This document shows, in pieces, positions 19,786 through 28,581 of a stretch of 32,158 nt of DNA. The translations under genes and the position numbers were made by a program. The notes under the pieces were generated by a model that searched no databases, was not told where the DNA came from, and worked only from the letters and a program-made list of their open reading frames with translations. The stretch comes from Candidatus Heimdallarchaeota archaeon (GTDB taxonomy: Archaea; Asgardarchaeota; Heimdallarchaeia; Hodarchaeales; Hodarchaeaceae). The stretch covers positions 1-32,158 of the forward strand of contig JBHLSH010000044.1 of the NCBI GenBank assembly GCA_048881705.1. Reading direction: 5' to 3'. Within the stretch, counting starts at the first letter, position 1. Every line of letters begins with the position of its first letter.

Positions 19786-19805
19786 ATTCAACCATGTGGT
19801 TGAAT
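19786..19805. promoter_or_regulatory. 9-2-9 inverted repeat overlapping the ArsR start codon, candidate autoregulatory operator
   Basis: ATTCAACCA-TG-TGGTTGAAT. TTAATATA lies about 21-28 nt upstream of the ATG, suggesting a leaderless promoter. Confidence 0.7.
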
Positions 19806-20154
19806 GAGCGTCCAATTAGACCGTATCTTCCGTTCCCTCTCAGATAGGACTCGTAGAGATATATTAAAACGTCTTGTGAAAAAAGAACTCTCCATATCCG
19901 AGATTGCTGCTTCATATGACATAAGTCTTGCCATGGTTTCAAAACATCTAAAAACCCTCGAAATGGCGGGTTTGTTGGGAAGAAGAAGAGAAGGAAGATG
20001 GTATATTCTTCGTACAAATGTCAAGCCATTGAAGCAAGTTGATGAATGGATTGATTTTTACAGAAAATACTGGGATGAAGCCTTCAATAAATTGGATGAG
20101 TATTTGACCGGTCTCCAAAAAGGAGGAGAAAATAATGACTCAGAAACTTCTTGA
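19804..20154 (+). CDS. ArsR/SmtB family transcriptional regulator
   Basis: FRSLSDRTRR.IL, SLAMVSKHLK.LE.AGL and WIDFYRKYW tail typical of SRPBCC-linked ArsRs. Confidence 0.9.
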   Translation: MSVQLDRIFRSLSDRTRRDILKRLVKKELSISEIAASYDISLAMVSKHLKTLEMAGLLGRRREGRWYILRTNVKPLKQVDEWIDFYRKYWDEAFNKLDEYLTGLQKGGENNDSETS

Positions 20155-20611
20155 ACTGAATGAATCAACAACGGACCAATTAGTTGTGATTAGAGAATTT
20201 GCAGCTCCAAAAAAACTAGTATTTGCCGTTTTAACACAACACGAGCACATCAAGAAATGGAACTGTCCAAAAAACTTTGTAGTTACCTTTAGCGAAGGTG
20301 AACTTAAAGTTGGTAATACCTACAAATACGCGATGCAATCGGAATCTCGCGAGGGCCCAGAGATAGTATTGACCGGTGAGTACCGTGAAATTAATCCCCC
20401 TGATAAAGTCGTTTATACACAAACCGCGGTCAGGCCCGATGGGAATATGGGTCCAGAAACAATAATTACCATCACGCTTGAAGAGAAAAATGGCAAAACG
20501 CAGATGGTTTTTCGACATACTGGTTTTCCTGCTAAAGAATGGAGAAACAATGCTCTTTTTGGTTGGAATCAAGCATTTGACAAGTTTGAAGCTCATTTAG
20601 CCGAGATCTGA
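20135..20611 (+). CDS. SRPBCC (AHSA1/START-like) domain protein
   Basis: REFAAP..LVF, GEYREI.PP.K.VYT and GW...FDK motifs. Overlaps arsR by 20 nt, with GGAGG upstream. Confidence 0.9.
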   Translation: MTQKLLELNESTTDQLVVIREFAAPKKLVFAVLTQHEHIKKWNCPKNFVVTFSEGELKVGNTYKYAMQSESREGPEIVLTGEYREINPPDKVVYTQTAVRPDGNMGPETIITITLEEKNGKTQMVFRHTGFPAKEWRNNALFGWNQAFDKFEAHLAEI

Positions 20612-20735
20612 TGATCAGGACGGGAAGTGGGAACCTCCAACAATAGCATCGAAAGACAACCCCGAAGTGCACTATAACTATAGGGAAAAAAGCGGCTTGA
20701 AAAACATTCATCCATGAATATTTACGGTGTAGAGG

Positions 20736-22058
20736 ATGGATGAGAAGGTAACTGAAGATAAAACCTCATTTAGTACCAGTGCACTTGGCGTCCTGTTCTT
20801 AGCAGTCTTCATTGACTTGTTAGGATTTGGAATAGTACTTCCCCTTCTTCCTTTCTGGGTGTCGAGCATTGGAGGGAGTGCCATTATTTATGGTTTACTG
20901 GTTTCATCCTATAGCCTGATGCAGTTCATCTTTTCTCCATTTTGGGGAAGGCTTAGTGACAGAAGAGGGCGTCGGCCAATTATCCTTGTTGGATTAACTG
21001 GTACTTTAATTTCATTCATCTTATTATCGATTACCGCGTTATTGTTCTCTGAATCCTTACTTATGCTTTTCCTGTCTCGTATTCTTGGAGGAATTTTCAC
21101 AGCGGCCACACTACCCACGAGTCAAGCTTATATTACAGATACTACAACTGGTGATGAACGAGCAAAAGGTTTTGGACTGATTGGAGCTGCTTTTGGACTC
21201 GGGTTTGCCATTGGCCCCGCTCTCGGCGGTTTTCTTTCAATTTGGGGTTATGCTGCTCCTGCGCTATTTTCAGCGGTTTTGGCTTTCATCAATCTGATAG
21301 GGGGGATTATTCGGCTTCCGGAATCATTGGACGAAAAGAAAAGAGAAGAATTGATGTCTCTCAAAATTACGAGAAAGGAAGCTAGTCCAAACATTTTCAA
21401 GATTATTCTTAGCAATCCCACGATTATGCTGATTATTCTTCTATTTGCAAGTATTTCCTTTGTTTTTTCCAGCTTGGAAGCAACTCTTGCTCTGTTTGGA
21501 GAAGCACGATTTGGGCTTGATGAATCGCTTACAGGATTTGTTTTCTTGATTGTCGGAATTGTGGCAATTATCACTCAGGGAGGGATTTTACGACCTTTAT
21601 CATCACGTTATGCGGATACTCTCCTCATTGCCTCGGGCATCTTAGCCTTGGTTATTGGGTTCGTGGGTTTAAGTTCCGTAACTGATTTACTGGGAATGAT
21701 GATATGGGTTATTCCTCTGGCATTTGGATCCTCGATTGCCAATCCAGCCTTGGGGGCTTCATTATCAAAAAATGCTCCTTCAGATATATCAGGGGCGGTG
21801 TTGGGTGTAAATCAAGGTTCGGGTTCTTTAATGCGAATTTTCGGGCCCATTGTGGGTGCTGGGTTATTTGAAATACAAGAAACTTTGCAATGGCTTTTGG
21901 CTGCTGGAATTCTTATTATCTGTTTGATCCTAGCAGTAGTTTTACACAGAATAGCTGTTAAACCAGTATCACTTAGTGTTTGTTTAAATTGCGGAAATCA
22001 ACTAAAAGCAGGCATTGCTAATTGTGGAAACTGCGGAATCCAACTTGAAGTTTCATGA
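20736..22058 (+). CDS. MFS transporter (TetA/DHA1-like) with C-terminal zinc-ribbon
   Basis: FIDLLGFGIVLPLLP, motif A GRLSDRRGRRP, motif C GFAIGPALGG, about 12 TM, and C-terminal CLNCG...CGNCG. Confidence 0.9.
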   Translation: MDEKVTEDKTSFSTSALGVLFLAVFIDLLGFGIVLPLLPFWVSSIGGSAIIYGLLVSSYSLMQFIFSPFWGRLSDRRGRRPIILVGLTGTLISFILLSITALLFSESLLMLFLSRILGGIFTAATLPTSQAYITDTTTGDERAKGFGLIGAAFGLGFAIGPALGGFLSIWGYAAPALFSAVLAFINLIGGIIRLPESLDEKKREELMSLKITRKEASPNIFKIILSNPTIMLIILLFASISFVFSSLEATLALFGEARFGLDESLTGFVFLIVGIVAIITQGGILRPLSSRYADTLLIASGILALVIGFVGLSSVTDLLGMMIWVIPLAFGSSIANPALGASLSKNAPSDISGAVLGVNQGSGSLMRIFGPIVGAGLFEIQETLQWLLAAGILIICLILAVVLHRIAVKPVSLSVCLNCGNQLKAGIANCGNCGIQLEVS

Positions 22059-22088
22059 ATTTCTAATTACAACTTTCCTCCCAATACT

Positions 22089-22124
22089 TCAAATGGTAAT
22101 CTCGATGTTTAATATGCACTCTAA
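22089..22124 (-). repeat. Dispersed gene-tail repeat, copy 1 (most degenerate)
   Basis: Contains the exact 17-mer GTAATCTCGATGTTTAA (22096-22112) shared with 24723 and 31707. Minus strand reads LECILNIEITI*. Confidence 0.85.
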
Positions 22125-22314
22125 TCAGGGCCTTTTCTTATTCTTTCGCAGTTGACCGTGTTTAGGGCTAGAAGAACAGGCGTAGGTGCCCAGGCAACCG
22201 TAAGAGCAGGCGTGGTTGTATTGGGAAACCTAGTTATCAAAAGAACTGATTGGGCAAAAGAAATCAAAGAAGTCCGTGAGGGATCAAATTAGAAATCGTT
22301 GCTACTCTGATCCC

Positions 22315-22644
22315 CTAGCCAGATGAGTATTTTCTTACATTAAAATATACAAAAAGAAGCCACACCGCGTATATCAACGGAAATACGAATCCTAGGAGCA
22401 TCAAGATTGGAAAAATTTCATTGGTAGCTAAAAGCCCAATAATCGGGATCTCTGGCAATAGCCATAATTTCGTAGCATCATACCAGACTGGTATCAATAG
22501 CAGATAGCCCCAGCCAATCCCCATAAACGCATTTGCTGCCACTGAAGGAATTCGCCCCTTTTGTCTACTTCTCATTACCATCAGATATCCTGAGCTGCCA
22601 AGACTTGTTACTAGCGGCCCGTAAAGGAAAAACATCTCCAACAA
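22315..22644 (-). CDS. Small hypothetical membrane protein (about 3 TM)
   Basis: Three hydrophobic segments. Start is TTG 22644 or the ATG two codons later. Confidence 0.55.
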   Translation of the reverse strand: MLEMFFLYGPLVTSLGSSGYLMVMRSRQKGRIPSVAANAFMGIGWGYLLLIPVWYDATKLWLLPEIPIIGLLATNEIFPILMLLGFVFPLIYAVWLLFVYFNVRKYSSG

Positions 22645-22792
22645 GCCAAGTCAATCCCTTGCCAACAAAAAGGAAAAAAAAATGATAGGATTTTTCCATC
22701 AGCTAGTAGATTCATAACATACTTAGAAACTCTTTCTAGTTTGATTATAGATCCTCAAAATGGAAATATTTCTGTTGGCAGTTTCTAAAAGA

Positions 22793-22808
22793 GACCCGTA
22801 ATCGGGTC
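22793..22808 (-). terminator. Possible hairpin terminator downstream of the 22889 gene
   Basis: GACCCG-TAAT-CGGGTC, 6-bp stem, followed on the minus strand by TCTTTT. Confidence 0.25.
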
Positions 22809-22888
22809 ATTCCACTTTGTCTACTTTCTGGATTGGCCAGCTCAAACGAACCACCAAAAAATTTTGCCCGTTCCGTAGCTTTCCTTAT

Positions 22889-24406
22889 CTATCCCTGTTT
22901 ACTTCCGTTTGCTTTTCCTCTTAGCCTTCTAAAGATGATGAACAGAACCACTACTACAACTAATATAAATAGCCAGCTTGGATCAATCGCGGCGTTTATT
23001 GAAAAACTGAAACCAAACTCAGGTTCAATTGGAGGCGAGTTATTAAGTAGTAATAACATATTGATTAAATTCACCCAAATCCCAATTTGTAACAGCAATA
23101 ACGACATCAATATTGCGATACCAGGTGCCCCATAGATGAGTGAATCGAAAATCAGCGTTAGAATACCAGGAGACACTAGTCCAGGTTCAAGGACTGCAAT
23201 TCTAGGGTTGTTTGGGTGATAGTATACTTGAACTGGTTTTTCAACCGCATATTTTTCAGTCAAGGGCAGCGGATCACTTTTCTTGGCATCCTGATAGCCA
23301 AAAACCCTCCTTTGGGAATGGTACCTTTGTAGATGGATATCATATTCATAGTACACATTAAATGCGGACGCCCCCGTCCCATTGGAAAAGGTTGTGGCTA
23401 CAACTTCTCCTTGGATAGTGGGCCACGTTTGACTTTTGACTCCATAATAAATTCCCCTGATAATGGACTTATGAATAAGTTTGCTGATTTCAAAGAAAAA
23501 GTAAATTGGAATGTTTATGAGAATTAGGGGCAGAAAAAGAATCTGGACGGGGAAAGAAAGAGCGAGATATCGTTCTCGCGTTGACTTTACCTTTATCGCC
23601 TCTGAATCCTCTGGAGAAATAATAAAATTTCTAAAATCCTGTCTTTCAAGGTGAAAAAGACAACAAAATGCTGCTAGAGCAGAGTTAAACACACTTCGTG
23701 GATCGTAAATCTTAACCAAATCATTTTGAATGCGGTATTTTTCGGATTGCTTCGTGGTTACCCCAGTTTTCACGTAAAAAGCGAGCCTTTCAGCTGAATC
23801 GACGATTCTTAGTTCAGAATGTAGACCCCTGTACGCAATTTCATGATAGATTCTCTCAGGCCTATTAAGATACTTATAGTCCGAAGTAAATCGGCGATTA
23901 TCCGCTGTATCCATACTGAGAAAACGTTTTTGACCAAAAGAGTTGAACTTCAAGGAAGAAAGAAGAATACCTTTATCATCGTAAATCTGGTAGTTTCCTT
24001 TGTGTGGTAATTCCCGGATTTTGCCCATATACTGTTTTTCCATATTCCAAAATTTAATATCAGGCAGAACGGCTTTTCTCAAAACTTTATAGTAGAACAG
24101 AATAAATGCACTTATCCAAAATGAGGCTAGAAGGATTATGAGAATGTACATTCCTTGTCTTTGGTATTCAGAGGATAAGATATTGGGAGATTGAATACTG
24201 CCAAATCCAGCCGCCGCTACAGGCACTGAAATCACTCCCATCACCCAGATCAAGAGATATTTTAAGGTTGATTTCCGTCCAATCAGAGAAATCGTCCCAT
24301 TGACGTCTCTAATAGTGAATTTGGTATATTTAAATACCCTAGAGCCAGCAGCTGAAATTTCTAGTACAGTAATGTTCTTGTCACTCGTTTTTTCTGGTAT
24401 GCCCAT
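22889..24406 (-). CDS. Membrane protein with C-terminal DUF3592 domain and a possible LURP-one/scramblase-like N-terminal domain
   Basis: SQTWPTIQGEVV...YEY...Y.SQR...Y......V.VYYHPNNPRIAVLEPG is DUF3592-like. About 5 TM. Beta-rich middle region ends in a hydrophobic helix. Confidence 0.7.
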   Translation of the reverse strand: MGIPEKTSDKNITVLEISAAGSRVFKYTKFTIRDVNGTISLIGRKSTLKYLLIWVMGVISVPVAAAGFGSIQSPNILSSEYQRQGMYILIILLASFWISAFILFYYKVLRKAVLPDIKFWNMEKQYMGKIRELPHKGNYQIYDDKGILLSSLKFNSFGQKRFLSMDTADNRRFTSDYKYLNRPERIYHEIAYRGLHSELRIVDSAERLAFYVKTGVTTKQSEKYRIQNDLVKIYDPRSVFNSALAAFCCLFHLERQDFRNFIISPEDSEAIKVKSTRERYLALSFPVQILFLPLILINIPIYFFFEISKLIHKSIIRGIYYGVKSQTWPTIQGEVVATTFSNGTGASAFNVYYEYDIHLQRYHSQRRVFGYQDAKKSDPLPLTEKYAVEKPVQVYYHPNNPRIAVLEPGLVSPGILTLIFDSLIYGAPGIAILMSLLLLQIGIWVNLINMLLLLNNSPPIEPEFGFSFSINAAIDPSWLFILVVVVVLFIIFRRLRGKANGSKQG

Positions 24407-24708
24407 TGTAAACCACTAATTTGTTACTATCGTAAGACTCATCCGTACTCCGTTACGACCTTCCGAGTGACACTGAAGTAATCTATAAGGCTTATGCCCT
24501 CGAAAACAGCAGTGATTAAGCTACAGTTTGAGGAAACAAAATTGGAAGTTCTAAAGAGCCTCGGGATGTTCGGAAAGATTAAGGGCTTTTCTTCCCAAAG
24601 GGATAGGAAAGAAACGCAAGGCCTTTCGACCAATCAGCCGCTTCTGAACTATTAAGATCCGTCAGTACTTTTTTTTATCACGGATTTCAACTAGAATAAA
24701 AGAAATAA

Positions 24709-24784
24709 AACGATTCTAGATAGTAATCTCGATGTTTAACTTGCGTACTAACTCCTTGTAGCGATTTCTGATATGATGATTCAT
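24709..24784 (-). repeat. Dispersed gene-tail repeat, copy 2 (intact 22-codon ORF at 24716-24784)
   Basis: Minus strand ATG...TAG = MNHHIRNRYKELVRKLNIEITI*. 24709-24761 matches 31693-31745 at 44 of 53 nt by manual count. Confidence 0.9.
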
Positions 24785-24900
24785 AGAAAAAGGAATTATA
24801 AAATGAAAAAAACTATATTCATTACATGAAAAAAGACACGAACCAAGGCATTGATGGATTTCTCTTTATTATTGGTTTAACTTCGAACAGATGTGAATGA
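24738..24900 (+). repeat. Upstream region duplicated at 29980-30145
   Basis: About 85% identical by manual alignment over the first ~134 nt, with a few indels. Homology continues into the two esterase genes. Confidence 0.9.
24786..24803 (+). promoter_or_regulatory. Candidate archaeal BRE-TATA promoter of esterase 1
   Basis: GAAAAAGGAA-TTATAAAA, identical at 30029-30046, about 95 nt upstream of each ATG. Confidence 0.45.
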
Positions 24901-26354
24901 CTATGAAAAAAAAGGCACTTGGAAGTTTTAGTATAGTCTTGTTATTCGTTGTATTTACTCCAGTCTTAGCTTTGAAGGTTGATGATGGTGAAGCAGAATT
25001 CTATTTAAACCCCAAAGTGGTTCAAGAAAACCGCGTTGAAGCGTTTAATACCTTACTTTTTGACCTCGCTGGCTTTACGGATAATGCCACTAAGATGATC
25101 AAAATTAATGAATTTATGGCTGAACAGCAGCCGTATGGGTTTCCCGTAACCCATAATGACAAAATTGTCTTTATTTATCGGACAAATAATACATTACAGG
25201 TGGAAATTGACGGAAGGATGACAGGACAGGTACCACTCGAGCATATCGAAGGAACAGATTTCTTCCATAAACAATTTACATTTTATAATGATTCACAGGG
25301 GGGTTATGGTTTCCGAGAAGATGGAGGTTCTATGTTAAAGGATCCTTTAAATCCAGATACACTCCTCGTTGGCATCCCGCCACAATTTATCGTAGTATCC
25401 AATTTTCAAATGCCTGAATATACTGATGATGGAGCCTATCTATTTTCCGACACTACAGGGTCCGTTATGCTGAATGAGACAATTTTCTCGACGAAAACTA
25501 ATCATAATTATACAATTAACATTTACCTCCCCGCAGGATATAATGACTCACAAACCCAACGCTATAAATCGGTTTATGTGGCTGATGGGGAGTTATATGC
25601 CTATGCGTGGAAGGCGCGCAATACCCTAGATTACTTGGACTTTTATAACAAAATAGATCCATTGATTGGTGTATTCATTACACCCGTTGATTTTTCATTG
25701 TATCGGAATAATGATTTAACCGATAACCGGAAAGATCATGCCGATTTTATTGTCGAAGAATTAATGCCGTATATCGATTCGAATTATCGTACATTCAATG
25801 ATTCTACAGCACGGGCTCATCTAGGATCATCTCATGGAGGGTTTTTTTCCCTTTACCTAGGAGCAGAGTATTCCGATTTCTTTAAACTCATAGGAGCACA
25901 CTCACCTAGCCAATATGCGAGCCAATATCTTAAACAACTGTTCACAGATTCTTCGAAGGTTGACGGGATGCGATTTTATTTGAATGGAGGAACTTATGAG
26001 CAGGGAATTCTGAATCACGCGTATTCTATTTCCGAAATTCTGGCAGAAAAAGGATACGCGGGAAAATTCCGCGCCTTTCACCAAGCCCACGCTGCGGGCC
26101 AATGGCGAGCCACGCTAGGCGAATTGTTGACCTTCCTGTTTACTGATGAGGCGTCAGACTACTCAGGGTCACCAATTATGTTTGGGAACATCGAAATTCC
26201 ATCAACAACAACCACAACTACAACTAATCCAGAAACCACTTCCTTTGGTCTAACTGTCCCGTTTTTCGGGTTGATGATCCTAATACTAGTATTACAGAGA
26301 AAAAACTCCATATTTCGGATAACTGGGAAAAGAAAGGAAAAGAGGGAAGGATAA
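24897..26354 (+). CDS. Exported, membrane-anchored esterase (Fes/putative-esterase alpha/beta hydrolase with N-terminal E-set/CBM48-like domain), paralog 1
   Basis: Signal peptide, LKDPLNP, IYLPAGY, ADG, FIVEELMPYID, GSSHGG nucleophile elbow, GTYE, FHQAH, Thr linker, TTSFG + TM + basic tail. Confidence 0.85.
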   Translation: MTMKKKALGSFSIVLLFVVFTPVLALKVDDGEAEFYLNPKVVQENRVEAFNTLLFDLAGFTDNATKMIKINEFMAEQQPYGFPVTHNDKIVFIYRTNNTLQVEIDGRMTGQVPLEHIEGTDFFHKQFTFYNDSQGGYGFREDGGSMLKDPLNPDTLLVGIPPQFIVVSNFQMPEYTDDGAYLFSDTTGSVMLNETIFSTKTNHNYTINIYLPAGYNDSQTQRYKSVYVADGELYAYAWKARNTLDYLDFYNKIDPLIGVFITPVDFSLYRNNDLTDNRKDHADFIVEELMPYIDSNYRTFNDSTARAHLGSSHGGFFSLYLGAEYSDFFKLIGAHSPSQYASQYLKQLFTDSSKVDGMRFYLNGGTYEQGILNHAYSISEILAEKGYAGKFRAFHQAHAAGQWRATLGELLTFLFTDEASDYSGSPIMFGNIEIPSTTTTTTTNPETTSFGLTVPFFGLMILILVLQRKNSIFRITGKRKEKREG

Positions 26355-26971
26355 CACTCTCACCTGCGTCTTTGTATCAGGATTGACACACCTAACGCAC
26401 CCAGGATAATTAGCGCCAGCATTAGCGCGTTGAGCTGGACTATAGGAAATCCGTCTACAGGATTACCTAGGGGCGATACCCGGGGGAACCCATCGTGATT
26501 ATCTGCCGAACCCTCTATATGGTAGGGGTGATCGACTACCCCATCTAGGTCGTCGTCTGGGCCCGTCCATTCACTCCAGTAGTTGTACCGGAACGTATTA
26601 TTCCACCCGTCATCAAATGCCTGGCAAGAGCCCAAGGGCTTATTGGCGCTAAAATCATTCCAGATGATCAAACAGTTGTCGCTTATTCTTAGTTCGACCC
26701 CATAGTCGCGATTATCCGCAAGTAAATTCAGGGAAACGATAATGTTGTATGATGCCCACAGCCTAATGCCGACGCCGTGCTGAAGGCTGACCGTGTTCTC
26801 GGAGAGCATGCTAACGCGTGAATTATCCAACGAAATCCCGGAATACTCGTTATAACTAATGGTATTCCTGGAAATAGAGTTGTTCCTCGAGTCTACCAGA
26901 AAAATTCCATCCCCTTCATTACTGGTGATTGTGTTGTTCGTAATGGCGCTATTATCTGAAGGTTCGAGATT

Positions 26972-27178
26972 AATCCCGTTCCCACTATTTTTGCTGGCTG
27001 TATTCCCAGAAATAGTGCTACTATCCGAATCCTCTAGGTCAATCCCGTTCCCACTATTTTTGCTGGCTGTATTCCCAGAAATAGTGCTACTATCCGAATC
27101 CTCTAGGTCAATCCCGTTCCCCCTATTTTTGCTGGCTGTGTTCCCAGAAATAGTGATACTATCCGAATCCTCTAGGTC
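26972..27178 (-). repeat. Intragenic tandem repeat, 3 x 69 nt (23 aa, GIDLEDSDSSTISGNTASKNSGN)
   Basis: Units start at 26972, 27041 and 27110. Units 1 and 2 are identical, unit 3 differs at 3 nt, and a partial fourth starts at 27179. Confidence 0.95.
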
Positions 27179-27785
27179 AATCCCGTTCCCCCTGTTATTA
27201 CTGACCATGTTCCCAAAAATAGTGCTATCGTCGGTACCCCATAGTTCAATTCCGTTCTCACCGTTATTACTGACCGTGCCCCCAGAAATAGTGCTGTGCG
27301 CTGACCGGAGAAGCTGGATGCCGTGTCCACCGTTGTCGTGGATGGTATTGGCAGTAATATTGCTTTCTTCTGAATCGATCACATGAATCCCGTCCGCTCT
27401 ATTTTTAATGACCGTATTCCCCAAAATGGCACAGTTCTCCGAATTTTCTAGGAGAATGCCTATCCCAGAATATATTCCCCAGTCTCCGTCCCCTACGGTA
27501 TTGATGACCATGTTCTCTAAAACAGTGCAAAAACCTGAATCCCGTAGGCCAATCCCGTCCCCACCAGTATTATTGACCGTATTCCCAAAAATGACGCAGC
27601 TTTCTGAGAATTCCAGTCGAATACCTTTCCCGGAATCCCACCCCCAACCTCCTTCCCCATTATGAGTGACCGTGTTCCGTAAAATGGTGCAGTGCTCTGA
27701 ATTTTCCAGCCGAATGCCATCCCCACTATTATTGATGACATTGTTGTTTGTGATCTTCAAAGCAAAACTGTAGACTGCGAAGATA

Positions 27786-28581
27786 CCAGTGGAGACATGA
27801 GAAATGCTTTGGTCTGACACCGTTACCTGAGTGCAATTGACCAGCACCACCTGAGCCGCTCCTGCGGGAATAGATCCCCCCATCTTATGCTGCCAATACA
27901 CGACAGGTTTCCCATTGAGGGAATTATTCTCCACTTCCGCCTGCAAGAAGTCTTCCATCGCCTCACCCTCAACGTCCAAACTATTGTTCAACAAAATATT
28001 GTGCAGGATCCAACTATTTCCCGAACTATATAGGGAAATGCCCGTTTCCCTGTTGTTGCCTATGATATTACTGGCAATGGTGCTATATCCTGAACCTCCC
28101 AGAATAATCCCGTTCCCACTGTTATTATTGATTATGTTTCCCGATATGGTGCATTTCTCCGACTCCCCCAATTCTATACCTCCCCCGCGGTTATTGAGGA
28201 TACTATTGTTGATCAAACTACTGTCGCTTGAGTTGATCAAGCGAATACCGCCCTTAGTACTGTTGATAATCCTTGTGTTTGCGATTATCAGGCCAGAACT
28301 GTAAGCTGCGAGGACTCCAGTGGAGACATGAGAAATGCTTTGGTTCGACACCGTTACTTGAGTGCAATTGACCAGCACAACCTGAGCCGCTCCCGTAGGA
28401 ATGGAGCCCCCGCTCTTATGCTGCCAATACACGACAGGTTTACCATTGAGGGAATTATTCTCCATTTCCGCTTGCACAAAGTCTTCCATCACCTCACCCT
28501 CAACATCCAAACCATTGTTCAAAAGAATATTGTGCAAGATCCAATTATTTCCCGAACTATGTAGGGAAATGCCCGTTTCCC
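27786..28581 (-). repeat. Intragenic duplication, 27786-28050 and 28317-28581 (offset 531 nt = 177 codons)
   Basis: Both copies encode ETGISL.SSGN.WILHNILLNN.LDVEGE.MEDF.QAE.ENNSLNGKPVVYWQHK.GGSIP.GAAQVVLVNCTQVTVS.QSISHVSTG. Confidence 0.9.

Noticed and set aside
776-23527. Short overlapping track ORFs (e.g. 1546-1908, 2881-3180, 14849-15091, 19739-20017, 19788-20024, 20231-20596, 21248-21574, 22833-23135)
   Set aside because: Each lies within or antisense to a longer gene with clear family motifs.
24722-24749. The repeat core as a 28-bp Xer dif site (AGTA...TACT ends)
   Set aside because: Arms match at only 6 of 11 positions, the symmetry is not kept in other copies, and it does not resemble known dif consensus.
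24716-24760. The repeat as a DGR template/variable region pair
   Set aside because: Mismatches are not adenine-specific (several C/T), copies are not inside target genes, and no reverse transcriptase is seen.
24803-24829. Tiny uORF MKKTIF(I/L)T conserved upstream of both esterases (also 30046-30072)
   Set aside because: Its ATG overlaps the candidate TATA box, and conservation is explained by the segmental duplication.
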